This document shows, piece by piece, positions 1 through 12,407 of a stretch of DNA of 57,720 nucleotides (positions are counted from its first letter, which is position 1; each line of letters starts with the position of its first letter). The translations under genes were made by a program, and so were the position numbers. The DNA is taken from positions 109,951,243-110,008,962 of the forward strand of contig NC_068986.1 of the NCBI RefSeq assembly GCF_001194135.2, written 5' to 3'. This stretch comes from Octopus bimaculoides (Eukaryota). The notes beneath the pieces were generated by a model that was not told where the DNA came from, ran no database searches, and was given only the letters and a program-made list of their open reading frames with translations.

Positions 1-35
<35 letters not shown>

Positions 36-769
36 TTATACACACATGTAAATATTTATATTTACTTCATGAAGTCTGCATACTTATCTACTACTAACTT
101 ATGTAGCCATTTACGTATATATGTACGTTTGAATGCTTGTCCCTTTCTCATCCAGTCTCTCTCTCTCTCTATCTCTGTCTGTCTGTCTGTCATTTGTTAA
201 AAACAAACAAAAAAACTCTGCTACAAGGAAATACCATTCTTTACACTCATGAATGAATCATCAATCTTAATACGAAATAGAAAGTTGTCGCTGGGAGAGT
301 GTTTTTCAAAACCTCCTTACGATACAACTAATAAACGATAACAAGAACAGAAGGTGTCTACTAATTAGTTCCGAATTAATTTATAAATATAGAGAGCTAT
401 TCATGTTTTCTCACAATTTCCCAAGAGTGGACATAAAGTTTACACGTTATTGCACTAAATTAAACACATACTTGTAGAAACCGGTTCCCAACGGAAAAAG
501 AAGAAAAATACTTTAAAAAAGAAAACAATTTGAAAAAATAACAAAGATTTCCCTTCCTACCAGCAGCAACAATAGCAAGAACAAGAACAATGTTAAAAAA
601 CAACAGTAATACAGAAAAAGAAAACCAGAAAAAATGTAAAAAGGAATGAAATATAAAAGAAGTAAAGCTGTAGAGAAAATAGGGAAATCAAAAGAGAAAT
701 GAAATAAATAGAAGACGTATATGGCCTGTTACTTGTGTCTAGAAAACTGCTTTGGAGTCTTTGCGAGAG

Positions 770-794
770 AGAGGAGAAGGAAGAAAGAGTGTGA

Positions 795-837
<43 letters not shown>

Positions 838-841
838 GGAG

Positions 842-905
<64 letters not shown>
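770..905. repeat. (GA)n microsatellite
   Basis: Directly visible GA run; it produces the spurious (ER)n ORF 721..936. Confidence 0.95.
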
Positions 906-907
<2 letters not shown>

Positions 908-1207
908 AGATAAAACTCGTGTCTCTTCGTTTCTAGGACATTTAGTGATTCTGCTGTCTTCCTGTTTGCACTTGTCTCACTAGCAGAGAGTGGATGAAAG
1001 ACGAATCAGAGTTCCTGTATGAAACCAGTAGAGATGGACATTGCAGAAACTAAAGAACGGAAAAAGCGATTGAGGCAAAAAGTCATAGAGCGACACATGA
1101 CAAATATTGTTTAAAAATATAAAGGAAATGAATTAACAAATACATAAAGTCAATCCACCCGTGACTTTCACAACTTTGTTTTCATAGGAAACTTTTATTT
1201 GTTTCAT

Positions 1208-1438
1208 ATTTCTTTACTGCTCACTAGGGGCTATACACAGAGGGGACAAACAAGGACAGACAAAGGGATTAAGTCGATTATATCGACCCCAGTGCGTAAC
1301 TGGTACTTATTTAATCGACCCCGAAAGGATGAAAGGCAAAGTCGACCTCGGCGGAATTTGAACTCAGAACGTAGCGGCAAACGAAATACTGCTAAGCATT
1401 TTGCCTGGCGTGCTAACGTTTCTGCCAGCCCGCCGCCC
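1208..1438 (-). mobile_element. tRNA-derived SINE, family A (tail type A1), nested in the tail of a family B SINE
   Basis: The reverse complement begins GGCGGCGGGCTGGCAGAAACGTTAGCAC, has the box-B-like GTTCAAATTCC and the central CTTTGCCTTTCATCCTTTCGGGGTCGAT (resembles the Nin domain, from memory), and ends AGTAAAGAAAT. Near-identical to 36569-36800. Confidence 0.85.
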
Positions 1439-1724
1439 TTCAGTCATTACGCTGCGGCCATGCTGGGGCACTGCCTTAAACAATTTTTAGTCGAATGAAT
1501 CATCCCGAGTACTTACAATTTTGCAAACTTGGTACATATTCTATCGGTTTCTTTTGCCTAACTGTTAAGTTATGGGGACGTAAACACAACATCAACAGTT
1601 GTCAAGCAGTGGTGGGGTACAAACACAGGCACAATGCCACACATACACCCCCACCACCACCCCACACACACCTACAGACATATATATATATCTATGTGTG
1701 TGTGCATATATATGTGTGTGTGTA

Positions 1725-1771
<47 letters not shown>

Positions 1772-1938
1772 ATATATATATATACATGCACACACACACA
1801 TATATGACGGGCTTCTATCAGTTTCCATCAACCATATCGACTCACTGGGTTCTGGTCAGCCCCAGGTGTTAAACAGTAGCAATGAATTCGGAACGATGTC
1901 GTGGGAAAGCAAGCTTCTTCCCACTGAGCCATCCCTTC
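1439..1938 (-). mobile_element. tRNA-derived SINE, family B, with internal microsatellites
   Basis: The reverse complement carries a head like GGATGGCTCAGTGGGAAGAAGCTTGC, the GATGGAAACTGA-AGAAGCCCGTC block and a tail ending CAGCATGGCCGCAG..ATGACTGAA. These are shared with copies at 11368, 24130, 27086 and 35740. Confidence 0.8.
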
Positions 1939-1949
1939 CCTCATATCGG

Positions 1950-4900
1950 TGGGATGGCATAACCGTGCTTCGATAGCCTCTCTCGAACAAGTAAGAGGCC
2001 AGGTCACGCATTTTTGGTAATTATCCAGGTACCCCGGCCTGAAAGCCCTCTCGAACAGGTTGACCAAATGATTTCTATCGAAGCCTAGTGTCTCCCCCAG
2101 GTGATCGTCTGACATATGCTCTACCAACCCAGCTGCTTGTATTGCCCATCCGGCACTCTAATTGCCAGTCACCCAGCCAAAGTCTTCGCTTGATCCCAGG
2201 ACCTAAATCCTGATGGGAGATCAACTGCAGAAGGAAGAACTTCACAAGTGGTGACCACACCTGCTCACCCTCCGGGTGACGCCAGAGGTGCCTAAGACTC
2301 AACACAAACTTGCGCATCTTCAGGCACGGCATCCTTAACCCACTCTTTAACGGTTTTTGCCAGTAGATAGAGCGCCATCTACAAAAAGTCTCCCCATCTA
2401 CAAAAAGCGGAAGAGGAGTCGCTCCAACTTGCTCAGCCACGAATCAGAACAAGGCACGATGGTAGGGCGGTAGGTGATAACGGATGCAAGAAGCACCCGC
2501 GTCACCTTCGCCCTTCCTAGCTGCGATAGCGACATCCCAGACCAGGTCTGGGTTAGAGCAGTTACTTTGCTTGTTACCTCACCCAAATTCTTCTCTATCT
2601 GGAGATTTGGACTTAACCAGACCTCTAGCATCTTAATAGGACCTTCCGTCCAACTTCCCACGACGTTATTGGGCGGCATCGACTTGCTCCTCCAGGTGCC
2701 AAGTTACAAACCGACCGACTTATCCGGATTAATTCTTGCTCCTTCTACCGCTTCGTATCTTCTGATGGCGTTTTTTTAACACAAGGTAGCTACCTTTCAT
2801 CAGACACGATGATAGTGATGTCATTCGCATACGCGGTCGCCATACACCCACCATTTAGATAACGCGAGTTGCCCCCTATAACCTCCAACGTTAGCAGCAA
2901 TGACTCAAGAGCCACCACATGCAAAAGCGGAGACAGGGAATCCCTGGTGAACAGAATGCTTTATCTCGAATGGTTTCGAGATGAAACCATTCACTCGGGT
3001 GACAGACTCAATGTTGCTGTACATAGCAGCGATCCAGCCGCGTAAAGTCGGGACCATCCTAGCTGCCCGGAGAACCGCCACCAGATACCGATGGTCGACC
3101 CTATCGAATGCTTTAGACTGGTCTAAATGCACCAGTGCCCAACCTTTGCCAATAATTTTCCCTACTCACTCTAAGGTGTAGCGTATGAGGTGGAGATTGT
3201 CGTGTATCGACCTGCCAGTATTGACGCAATTTTGCGTCTCCCCGACAAGGTCATCTACGACCCACGTTCCACGCCAATCACTTTGGTAACACCTTGCCCA
3301 AAATCTTTAACTCTGTATGTAATAGAGTTATGAGCCGAGATTTGCTAATAATGTCCGCTTTTCTCATCAGAGTTCCCACCCCACGGCTCACAGTTTTGGA
3401 AGTACTCCCATTCTGTTGCCAGTTGGCATAGACTCCGGCCAGTAGGTGCCCGAACAAGTCTGGCATATTTTTATAAAACTCATAGTGTAGACCATCAAGT
3501 TCCGGCCACCTGTCCCCGGGGCAACCGGAAAGTACCTCTATGACGTCCTTCACAGCACTCAGCCTCTCACACCGAGAGATGTGGTCCACCCTTCGGGAAC
3601 TCCCGAAAGGACTCACCATGGCCTAGCGTCCCGCTCTTTCAGAACAACTGGGCAAAATGCCCGTAAAAGGCCTCACTCATCTTGTCCTATCCTTCGAACA
3701 AACACTCTTGTTCATTGACCAAAGACTTAATTGTGGCATTATTACCACGCTGGGTCTCTATCGTACAGGCCCATCCGGCAACGGTAGTTCCCTCACGTCC
3801 CATTGCACGTACTTTAGCTTGGACTCAACATCCTTCGTGTTTGACTTTCAGGTGTCCGTCCAAGGGCGATCGCGCTGCCAAAACTTGAGATGCTGAGCCC
3901 AACCTCAACGCCTCTTCTAAGTCCGTAAGTAGATTGCCCTCTATTCTAGCTTTATTTACATTTAACTGTTGACTAAATGTAATTGACTCAAAACGAATGG
4001 CTCGTTTGACGGACAACCACCGCCTGCTATTCAACAGCGTGCCAGTTAATGTCCTCTGAACTAACTCTTTAATCCGGTTACGGTACGCCTCACAAGCCAA
4101 ATAGCTTTGTTCAGCTTCCAATAGCCAGGTCCCTCTCTATGTACTCTATCTATGATCACCCTACACGTCACTAATTTGTGATCCGTGTAGGGGATCAGAA
4201 AGAACTGTGGACAACTATATCATGTCTAGATAAGAACTTCGCGACTCGTCGCCATTAGTCCAGGTACACACTGGAACGCTTGGGTGGTCAAGTCTGTAAC
4301 GATTTGCCAGCTGAAATCGCTTAAGCAGATCGGTGAGGCGTAGGCTTCTCCTAGCTGCAGAGCAAACACTATCTTGGTATGCGTCTAGGATAGCTTTAAA
4401 GTTACCTAACACGTCTTAATGTCTTTGACGTCTCAAGAAAGTTCTTGAGGCGCCGATAGAAATCAGTTTGTTTGCTATCACCACAAAGTACATAAATGCC
4501 GATCAACCTGTGTGTCAAGTCGAGAACGACCAGCTCCCCTTCTGGATCCACAAAGATTTTCCTTGTCTGCTGAGCCAAGCCTTTTCAGAACAACACTACT
4601 ACCCCCTCCTCGGCCCCCGGTTTGGCCAGAAGACATTATTTTCTCATAGCCATTCAGATGTGCCGAGAAGGTTCGTAGGTCATCCAGCTTGGTCTCTGTA
4701 GCCGCCATCACATCTATACTATGTGACCTGAGGTCATCGAGGAAACATGCCTGCTTCCACTTCGAACTCAGGCCACAAACATTCAGACAGCCAAAAGGAA
4801 AATTAGAGATTTCTTGCTTTTAACTGGTGACTGACGGATTCATCTCAGAGTTTCTGAGTATCCCTCCTCCTTTCTCTTCTCTCTCACCCCTCGTCAGTCT

Positions 4901-6500
4901 CAGGCGGTGGGTCCATTAGTTTTGGCAACTCACACGCTTTAAAAATGTTCTCTTCTCTTCTATCTTTTAACTGATTGTACGGTTTGTTATCAATCCTTGC
5001 AAATCCACTTATGTCTTAGACATGATGGTTTTGGATAATATAGTCCAGATAATTGTCTTTCACTTTATACCTTACCAGGGTTGCCCCGTCTGCGGGGGAC
5101 GTGCGGGTGATTTTTTGTAAATTGGGTGTATGTATCGTGCTTCTTTTTTTGTAGGGGCTGCGGGTTGGAAGGGAATCAGCGATATACATTGTCGCTTTTG
5201 TCGTTTACGTGCGACTTCTGTGAATTCCTCTTCCGGTATGACGACCTCCATGTAGTCCAACGGGGGGGGGGGGGCTCACTTACCGATGCCTGCTCTTCTC
5301 TATTTTTTCCTTCGGTTCCTTTCGCTTTTGCTTCTTTGTTCCTTTATTTTTTTGTTGCTTTTCAGTTTTTCCCTCTTCTTCTGTGGTCGAGGGGCCTTTT
5401 CTACCAATTTAACCATCGTGGCTTTCTCCCCTCGACCTGGATGTTTTGTATTGTCTCCTTCCCGATCACCATGCAAGCAGAGATTTCCTCTAAATCTCCA
5501 GGTTTGGCTTGGATGAGAATATCAACGCTCTGCCCTAACCAATTTGGAGTGCAGAGCAAGTTATTTGCAATATGCTCAATTTGTCTTCTCTTGCATAGCA
5601 AAGAGGTGCAACAATCCATGTAACGTCCACCTCGGGTGGTACCTCCTCTTTTCTAATCCGGGACGTTCTGCGTCTGAGATATGAGGGGAATAGTAACACT
5701 TCCGTCGTTTTTAGGGTTCTAACGGAGTGCTCCCCAGCTTTCGCCACATGAATAAACCTCACTTCGATGACGGCAAACTTTTTGCCTCGGGTCACATATG
5801 TCACGTCATTCGAAATAGATCCGAGGCATTTTTCAATTTTTTTCCTTTGCGAAGCTAGAGATCTTCTCTCCAACATCGAAACATTTATATATAATCGTCT
5901 TGTTCCTTTTTTTTGGGTGGGGGGCATAATTTCATTTGCTGGGGAGATGCGAACATCTCCACCAGCTGTTAACATTCCGTAACACACCTGCTATTCCATC
6001 CTGGTTATAGTAATATCCTGATCTCATACGTTTGTAACTGCTGCGTAGTTCAACTTTTTTCCGTTTTCAACAATCAGAGCTGTTTCTTTTAATTTCATTT
6101 TTGAATTTTTCAACAAAAAATTCTTGATATTAAAAAATTCTCTTATGAGAATATTATTTTTACTCTTAACAGCGTGTCACAAAGAGAAACAGTTGAAAAC
6201 ACACTGACAGTCAACAACACTGCAACAACAGTCCAAAACGGTTCAGCTCCTTCTCTGGTAGGGGAAGCACACAAGTTTCAACAACGCCTGCAAACGGGCA
6301 ACATTTTCAAACGAAACAATTCAACAATTAAAACAGCAATACCATAATGGTACAACAAACAACTGCAGGTAAATCCAGTTCATAATAACTCAACACACCA
6401 CAACGGAAGTGAAGACCAAACTACCAACTGCCAACCACGTCAGACCACTGCTATTTATATGTAGTGGCGGCCCCGTTTATTCTCGTCAAGGAGTGTCGTA
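1950..6500 (-). mobile_element. Decayed L1-Tx1-type LINE (5'UTR, ORF1, APE endonuclease, RT), 3'-truncated
   Basis: Broken minus-strand frames give the APE motifs LNVCGL, ATETKL, GNFKAIL(D) and SSYLDMI, and the RT motifs LDGLHYEFY, ITLLHTELKILGKVL and LDQSKAFDRVDHRYL. The ORF1 remnant (5535..5987) is homologous to 26137..26589. Many stops and frameshifts; the 5' boundary is approximate. Confidence 0.9.
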
Positions 6501-6842
6501 CTCTTGCTACACCTGTATACATGCATGTATGTACGTGTGCACATATGGATCGTTGGGATTTATTTTAAGTCTTTTCCTTTGCGTAGAATAGAACTAAAAA
6601 AATCCCTTATAACACAACAATAGAAATATTTTTCGTATTAATTCCAATAACATTGGAATATACAAAAATAAAACGTGACTAATTTACTCGACAACCGACC
6701 ATATTGTTCCACCTTGTTACCAATTTGGAACAAGATTAGATATGTTTGAAGTAAACTTGTATGTTATGAATATTACAAAAGATTTCATAGAAAAAAAGAC
6801 TACAAATGAATGCTACCAATCCAGTGGACTAGGAGAACGGCA

Positions 6843-6965
6843 CTGTATTTTCTGATATACAAGTCGGCGTAGTCCACCAAAGTTGTCTTCATGTAATAAG
6901 CAGACTCACCATTTTGGTTGTAAATTTTGGTCTGAAAAATTAGACTTGTATGAGGAAAAATACGG
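6843..6965. mobile_element. 123-bp MITE with Tc1/mariner (pogo-like) terminal inverted repeats
   Basis: CTGTATTTTCTGATATACAAGTC (6843-6865) matches the reverse complement of GACTTGTATGAGGAAAAATACGG (6943-6965) at 17/23 positions. TA lies on the right flank and CA on the left. Confidence 0.7.
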
Positions 6966-7337
6966 TAAATAAATTATGTACTTCAGTTAAAGTTTAATAA
7001 ATACATGTGGTATTTTTAGCATGGCTCGTCTGTCAATTTACCGGTGATAATATATAATTTTAACCGGTTACTTTCCTTAACTAAACGTTCTTTTTAAGTG
7101 TATAATCATTATTTCTTTCCACTGTTTTCTATTTAGCAAACTGATCACGAGTGTTATATATCAACGCCATTTTACATCATAAAATGTGCTTACCAATTCT
7201 TATCTGCATAAATGTGTCACTGACACCCGAAAGTCACATTCTTTTCTCGCAGCCTGGAGCAGATTAAATTGATTCCTGTAATTTGAGGCTTGTGACCAGA
7301 AAGCATTTCGTTTTAGCAAAGTTTTACAAGATACTCG

Positions 7338-7400
<63 letters not shown>

Positions 7401-7547
7401 NNNNNNNNNNNNNNNNNNNNNNNNNNNNNNNNNNNNNNNNNNNNNNNNNNNNNNNNNNNNNNNNNNNNNNNNNNNNNNNNNNNNNNNNNNNNNNNNNNNN
7501 NNNNNNNNNNNNNNNNNNNNNNNNNNNNNNNNNNNNNNNNNNNNNNN

Positions 7548-7579
<32 letters not shown>

Positions 7580-7663
7580 AGACAGAGAGAGAGAGAGAAA
7601 GGGGGGATATAAACGTTTGTGTACAAATATATATGTATATATACATTATTTACATTATTATTC

Positions 7664-7764
7664 TTATTATTATTCAGGTCACTGCTTGGAATTAAACTCG
7701 GAATCTTGGGGTTAAGAGCGCGGGCTACTAACTCCAAGATTCCGAGTTCGATTTCAAGCAGTGA

Positions 7765-7795
<31 letters not shown>

Positions 7796-7990
7796 GATAA
7801 TAACAACAACATCGAAAAATACCTTAGAAATGAGAACTCAGGTTCGAAATTTCCCCAAGATACCTGATGAAGGCTGGAGAGTATATCAGCCGAAACGTTG
7901 GGTTAATAACAAACAAGATGAGGAAAATATCCATCAAATATAAATAATGTAAATAATGTACATAATTCCTCATCTCTTAAATATAGAACT
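7664..7990 (+). mobile_element. Non-autonomous Penelope-like repeat with a 5' fold-back and a hammerhead-like core
   Basis: 51-bp inverted arms at 7664-7714 and 7729-7779. CTGATGA-A-GGCTG..CAGCC-GAAAC at 7864-7896 is the motif typical of Penelope terminal repeats. Confidence 0.6.
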
Positions 7991-8486
7991 GTAGTATATA
8001 TACATGATGGCTGTAGATTCGTGTTCGAGTATTACCATCGCCTGATCGAAAGTCCCACACATGCAAAGGTTACGATCAGTATTTTTGTGATAGGTCTCAC
8101 TTTTTTTTTCAGCGATGCATGTGTACGATGATTCTTTTATCGTGGGGAAAGGATTTGCACAAGTCCAATCGCACTCTCTAAAAATGGACAACATATCCTT
8201 GAAAAGGAGAACTAGTCTACATTATCGAATATTGTCAGTGCTTCAGCTTTTCTCTTAGAGTTTTCCTCTCCTAGAGAGATGTTGTGACAACATCAGAGGG
8301 GACTCCCACGCCAGGTAGGCCAGCCTCAGGCCTGCACACCAGCCCATGTATTTCCACGTTCCCGCACATCCATACACATGTAGATATATTGTTGGATGGC
8401 CGTTGACTGCCCATGAGCTCTTCCACCCTTGGATAGGTATTATTTTTCGTCCTGCAGAGTGTGCAACAATCGCTCTTGTTGCCAGT

Positions 8487-8795
8487 TTAGTCGCCGACAA
8501 CCCGACCAGGTAGTTTCTTGATTTCTTTTTTAAATGTATCCACGAACCTTTCCGTTTGCCCTTTAGATCTAGGGCACATCTTGCAAAAATTCTTAAATTC
8601 ATTCGCCGTGAATTGTGTCCGGATATCGGAGATTATGGAATCCGGGACATCGGAGACTATGGAATCCGGGTCACCATACTTAGCAAAAAGCTGGTGTAAA
8701 AATTTCACTGTTACCGTGGATGTCGGTTTGCTACATTTACACTTTTCTGGCCATTTTGTAAAGCTATCTACCACTATTAGAATAGACTAATATGA
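8487..8795 (-). mobile_element. Gypsy-type LTR retrotransposon integrase fragment
   Basis: Translation ILIVVDSFTKWPE...LFAKYGDPDSIVSD...QFTANEFKNFCK...SKGQTERFVDTFKK matches the rve DDE core. It has an internal deletion and a 24-bp in-frame duplication. Confidence 0.85.
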
Positions 8796-9384
8796 CTATA
8801 TGACTATCATAGATAAAACAATGCAGTGAAAACTTGTAGATCCAGTAAGCTTACAAATCATCTCATAGATACTCTGCACCTAATTGCCACGATTTAGAGA
8901 GAACCCTAAGTAAAATATCAAGCGCCTATGTAAGTCACTGGCTTAAGCAAAAGATCCCCAAAATGTTCACTGCCATTCTCTGCGTTTCTAATTTTTTTTA
9001 TATTAGGGTGATTCTCTCCTAGGGACATGCCCTAGCAAAAGCTAAGGGATGTCTCACTTCTAGTGGTCTTCCGGAAAACCAGGCACAAGCCCAGAATTCC
9101 TGAGAGCCCATGCCATTTCTAGATAATCATTGAACCTACACGGGGATCCTCCGTCCAACACATGCATACATACATACATACATACATACATACACACCAA
9201 TCTTGAGAGGTTGAAATATCGAAAAACAAAAAAGCAACGAAGCAAACGGTGGGAGAATTGAAGTTATTTCCCTTTGACTGAAAAACATAAATTTGAAGAG
9301 ACAATGGCCTGGAGTGTGCGGTAAAGTTGCTCAACTAGGAGAGGGTGACACTCTAGAAAATGGTTATAATACGTCGTGTGCACG

Positions 9385-11358
9385 CTCATTGGTGTGCATG
9401 CGTGTTTGTGGCTGATTTGGCCGATGAAGGATCGACATATCCGATTGCAGTGATGACAGGGGTGTGGCTGTTCAGGCTCTGATGATGCAGCAGCATTAGT
9501 TTTTCGCCTCTGACGTTTGTCTTCGAGAGAAACACTGCGAGACATCTCAGAGGTGGAAACAACATAGCTGATGGCACCAAGCGAACTCAAAGCCACTTCT
9601 GTGCTGATCTTAAGATGCTTGTTATTCCATACACGCTTGTACAGTCTGCCAAATGCGTTGTTTGCTTTGCGAGTCTGTTGTCAATTTCTTTGTTGAAATT
9701 CGCATCTGATGGGATGATACATCCAAGATAAGTGAACTGTTGTACCGACTTCAGTTCTGTTTCGGCAATGGTGATGTGGGGTGGGCTGTACTCTTCCTGA
9801 GGAAGTTGGTGTAGGACTTCAGGCTTTTTCAAGTTTATTTCCAGCCCGAACACCTGGGTGGCCTCTACAAAGCAGGATGAGATGTGTTGCAGGGCTTTTT
9901 CTGTAAAGAGGAGGTCCTGAATCAGTTGCTGTCACTTAGAGACAGGACCTGATGTAGAAGCCGTCCTCCGCGTCGAGGTCTGTAGTGGTCTGCTTGAAAA
10001 CCATGCAGAAGAAGATGCTGGAGAGAGTTGGATACATCTCTGCTTTACGCCGTTGTGGATGAGGAATGGCTCTGATATGTCACTATTCAGGTGGACTTGT
10101 CCTTTTTGGAATGTTCATGGTTAGGAATTTTGGGGGACAGCCAAATCGGTTTAGGATCTACCATAGGATTTTTCTGCTCACAGTGTCGAACACTTTCGTC
10201 AGATATATAAATGTTACACAAAATGGTTTGTTTTCCTCCCAGAACTTTCCTTGGAGCTGCTTGAGAACGAAAACCATATCTGTTGTGCCCCTGTTGGCTC
10301 TGAAACCACATTGGCTTTCTGGAAGATGATTTTCGGTGATGGACAGAACAAGTCTGTTGAAGAGTAGTCTTGCTAGAACTTCTCCTGCAGTGGAAAGCAG
10401 GGTGATCCCCCGGTAATTTGAGTAGTCTGACTTTTCCCTTTTGTTTTTGTATAGTGTTATGATGACAGCATCGCGGAGATCTTGTGACAGCTTGCCCTGT
10501 TCCCAGCATGCAACTAAGAGCTCAAGGAGTTGAGCATGCATGGCAGAACACCCATGCTTCCATATCTCTGATGGTATGCCATCGACTCCTGCAGCTTTTC
10601 TACTCTTCAGCAGGCCTATGGCAACTGTGATGTTTTCCAAGATTGGAGGCTCATCTAGTTCTATTCTGACTGGTTGCTACTGGATGGAGAGGATTGCCTC
10701 TTCCTGGACATCTCGGTCTCCACTGAAGAGAGCCTGAAAGTATTCAGACCAGCGACTGAAGATGGATTCTGTGTCTGTGAGAAGCGCCTGACCATCTGAA
10801 CTGCGTAGGGGACTCCGGACTTGATGTGTTGGGCTGCAAAGTGCCTTGATAGTTTCTTAGAACCTCTTGTAGTCGCCAGAATCAGCGCACAGTTGGGTTC
10901 TCCGTTCGAAGTTGGTTCACCACTCATTCTGAACTTCACGGAGTTTGTAGGCTTCTCGAAATGCCACTTTCTTTTCTGAGCAGGTTGTGCCAGGTGTACT
11001 TGGTGGAGAAACCTCTTCTTTAATAACTGTTGGATCAGTATATCGTTTTCGTCAAACCAATCCTTGTTCTTTTTCTTTGTAAACTCAAGGATTTCTGAAG
11101 CGGTCTGTTAGATGGCGGTTTTCATTTGTTCCCATAGGATTATCTGGAGAGGGATCTGAGGGGAAATCGGATTGCTCAATGTTTGTCTCACTGTTTACTT
11201 TCACTTCGTTTAGGTGCAGACTGGTAGTTTTCATTTTCTTTTTGTTATTTGCCGGAACTCTTATTTTTGTTGGTTTGGGCTTGAAGTGGGGTTTGAGTTT
11301 GGCACGGACCAGGCTACGGTCAGTATGGCATTCTGCACAAGGCATGAGTCTGATGTGT
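9385..11358 (-). mobile_element. Decayed RTE-type (BovB-like) LINE, 5'-truncated, internally deleted
   Basis: APE end ECHTDRSLVRAKL. RT motifs KAAGVDGIPSEIWK, YRGITLLSTAGEVLAR, ESQCGFRANRGTTDMVF, FGLEINLKK and FTYLG. C-terminal CHHCNRICRSFIGQISH. A deletion lies near 9595. Confidence 0.92.
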
Positions 11359-11367
11359 ATATGTATA

Positions 11368-11530
11368 GCCACAGGAGTGGCTATGTGGTAAGTAACTTGC
11401 TTACCAACCACATGGTTCCGGGTCCAGTCCCACTGCGTTTCACCTTGGGCAAGTGTCTTCTATTGTAGCCTCAGGCCGACCAAAGCCTTGTGAATGGATT
11501 TGGTAGATGGAAACTGAAGGAAGCCCGTCG

Positions 11531-11575
<45 letters not shown>

Positions 11576-11653
11576 TTGTTTGTTCCCCGACATCGCTTGA
11601 CAACCTATGTGGATTTGGTGGATTTGGTTGATGGAAACTGAAAGAAGCTCGTC

Positions 11654-11660
<7 letters not shown>
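11368..11660 (+). mobile_element. SINE family B
   Basis: CAGGAGTGGCTATGTGGTAAGTAACTTGCTTACCAACCACATGGTTCCGGG head; the GATGGAAACTGA block is duplicated at about 11608-11655; cut by an N-gap. Confidence 0.85.
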
Positions 11661-11685
<25 letters not shown>

Positions 11686-12144
11686 NNNNNNNNNNNNNNN
11701 NNNNNNNNNNNNNNNNNNNNNNNNNNNNNNNNNNNNNNNNNNNNNNNNNNNNNNNNNNNNNNNNNNNNNNNNNNNNNNNNNNNNNNNNNNNNNNNNNNNN
11801 NNNNNNNNNNNNNNNNNNNNNNNNNNNNNNNNNNNNNNNNNNNNNNNNNNNNNNNNNNNNNNNNNNNNNNNNNNNNNNNNNNNNNNNNNNNNNNNNNNNN
11901 NNNNNNNNNNNNNNNNNNNNNNNNNNNNNNNNNNNNNNNNNNNNNNNNNNNNNNNNNNNNNNNNNNNNNNNNNNNNNNNNNNNNNNNNNNNNNNNNNNNN
12001 NNNNNNNNNNNNNNNNNNNNNNNNNNNNNNNNNNNNNNNNNNNNNNNNNNNNNNNNNNNNNNNNNNNNNNNNNNNNNNNNNNNNNNNNNNNNNNNNNNNN
12101 NNNNNNNNNNNNNNNNNNNNNNNNNNNNNNNNNNNNNNNNNNNN

Positions 12145-12183
<39 letters not shown>

Positions 12184-12355
12184 CACACACTTAAAAAAAC
12201 CCATACAATTCACACAAAACATACAGACAAACAAATGCCACACATATATACACAGACAAACATGTTACACATATGTACACATATATTGATGCATATACAT
12301 AAGCCTGCATATGCATACATATATACACGCATGCATACCTTTCTGTATGTGCTTA

Positions 12356-12407
<52 letters not shown>

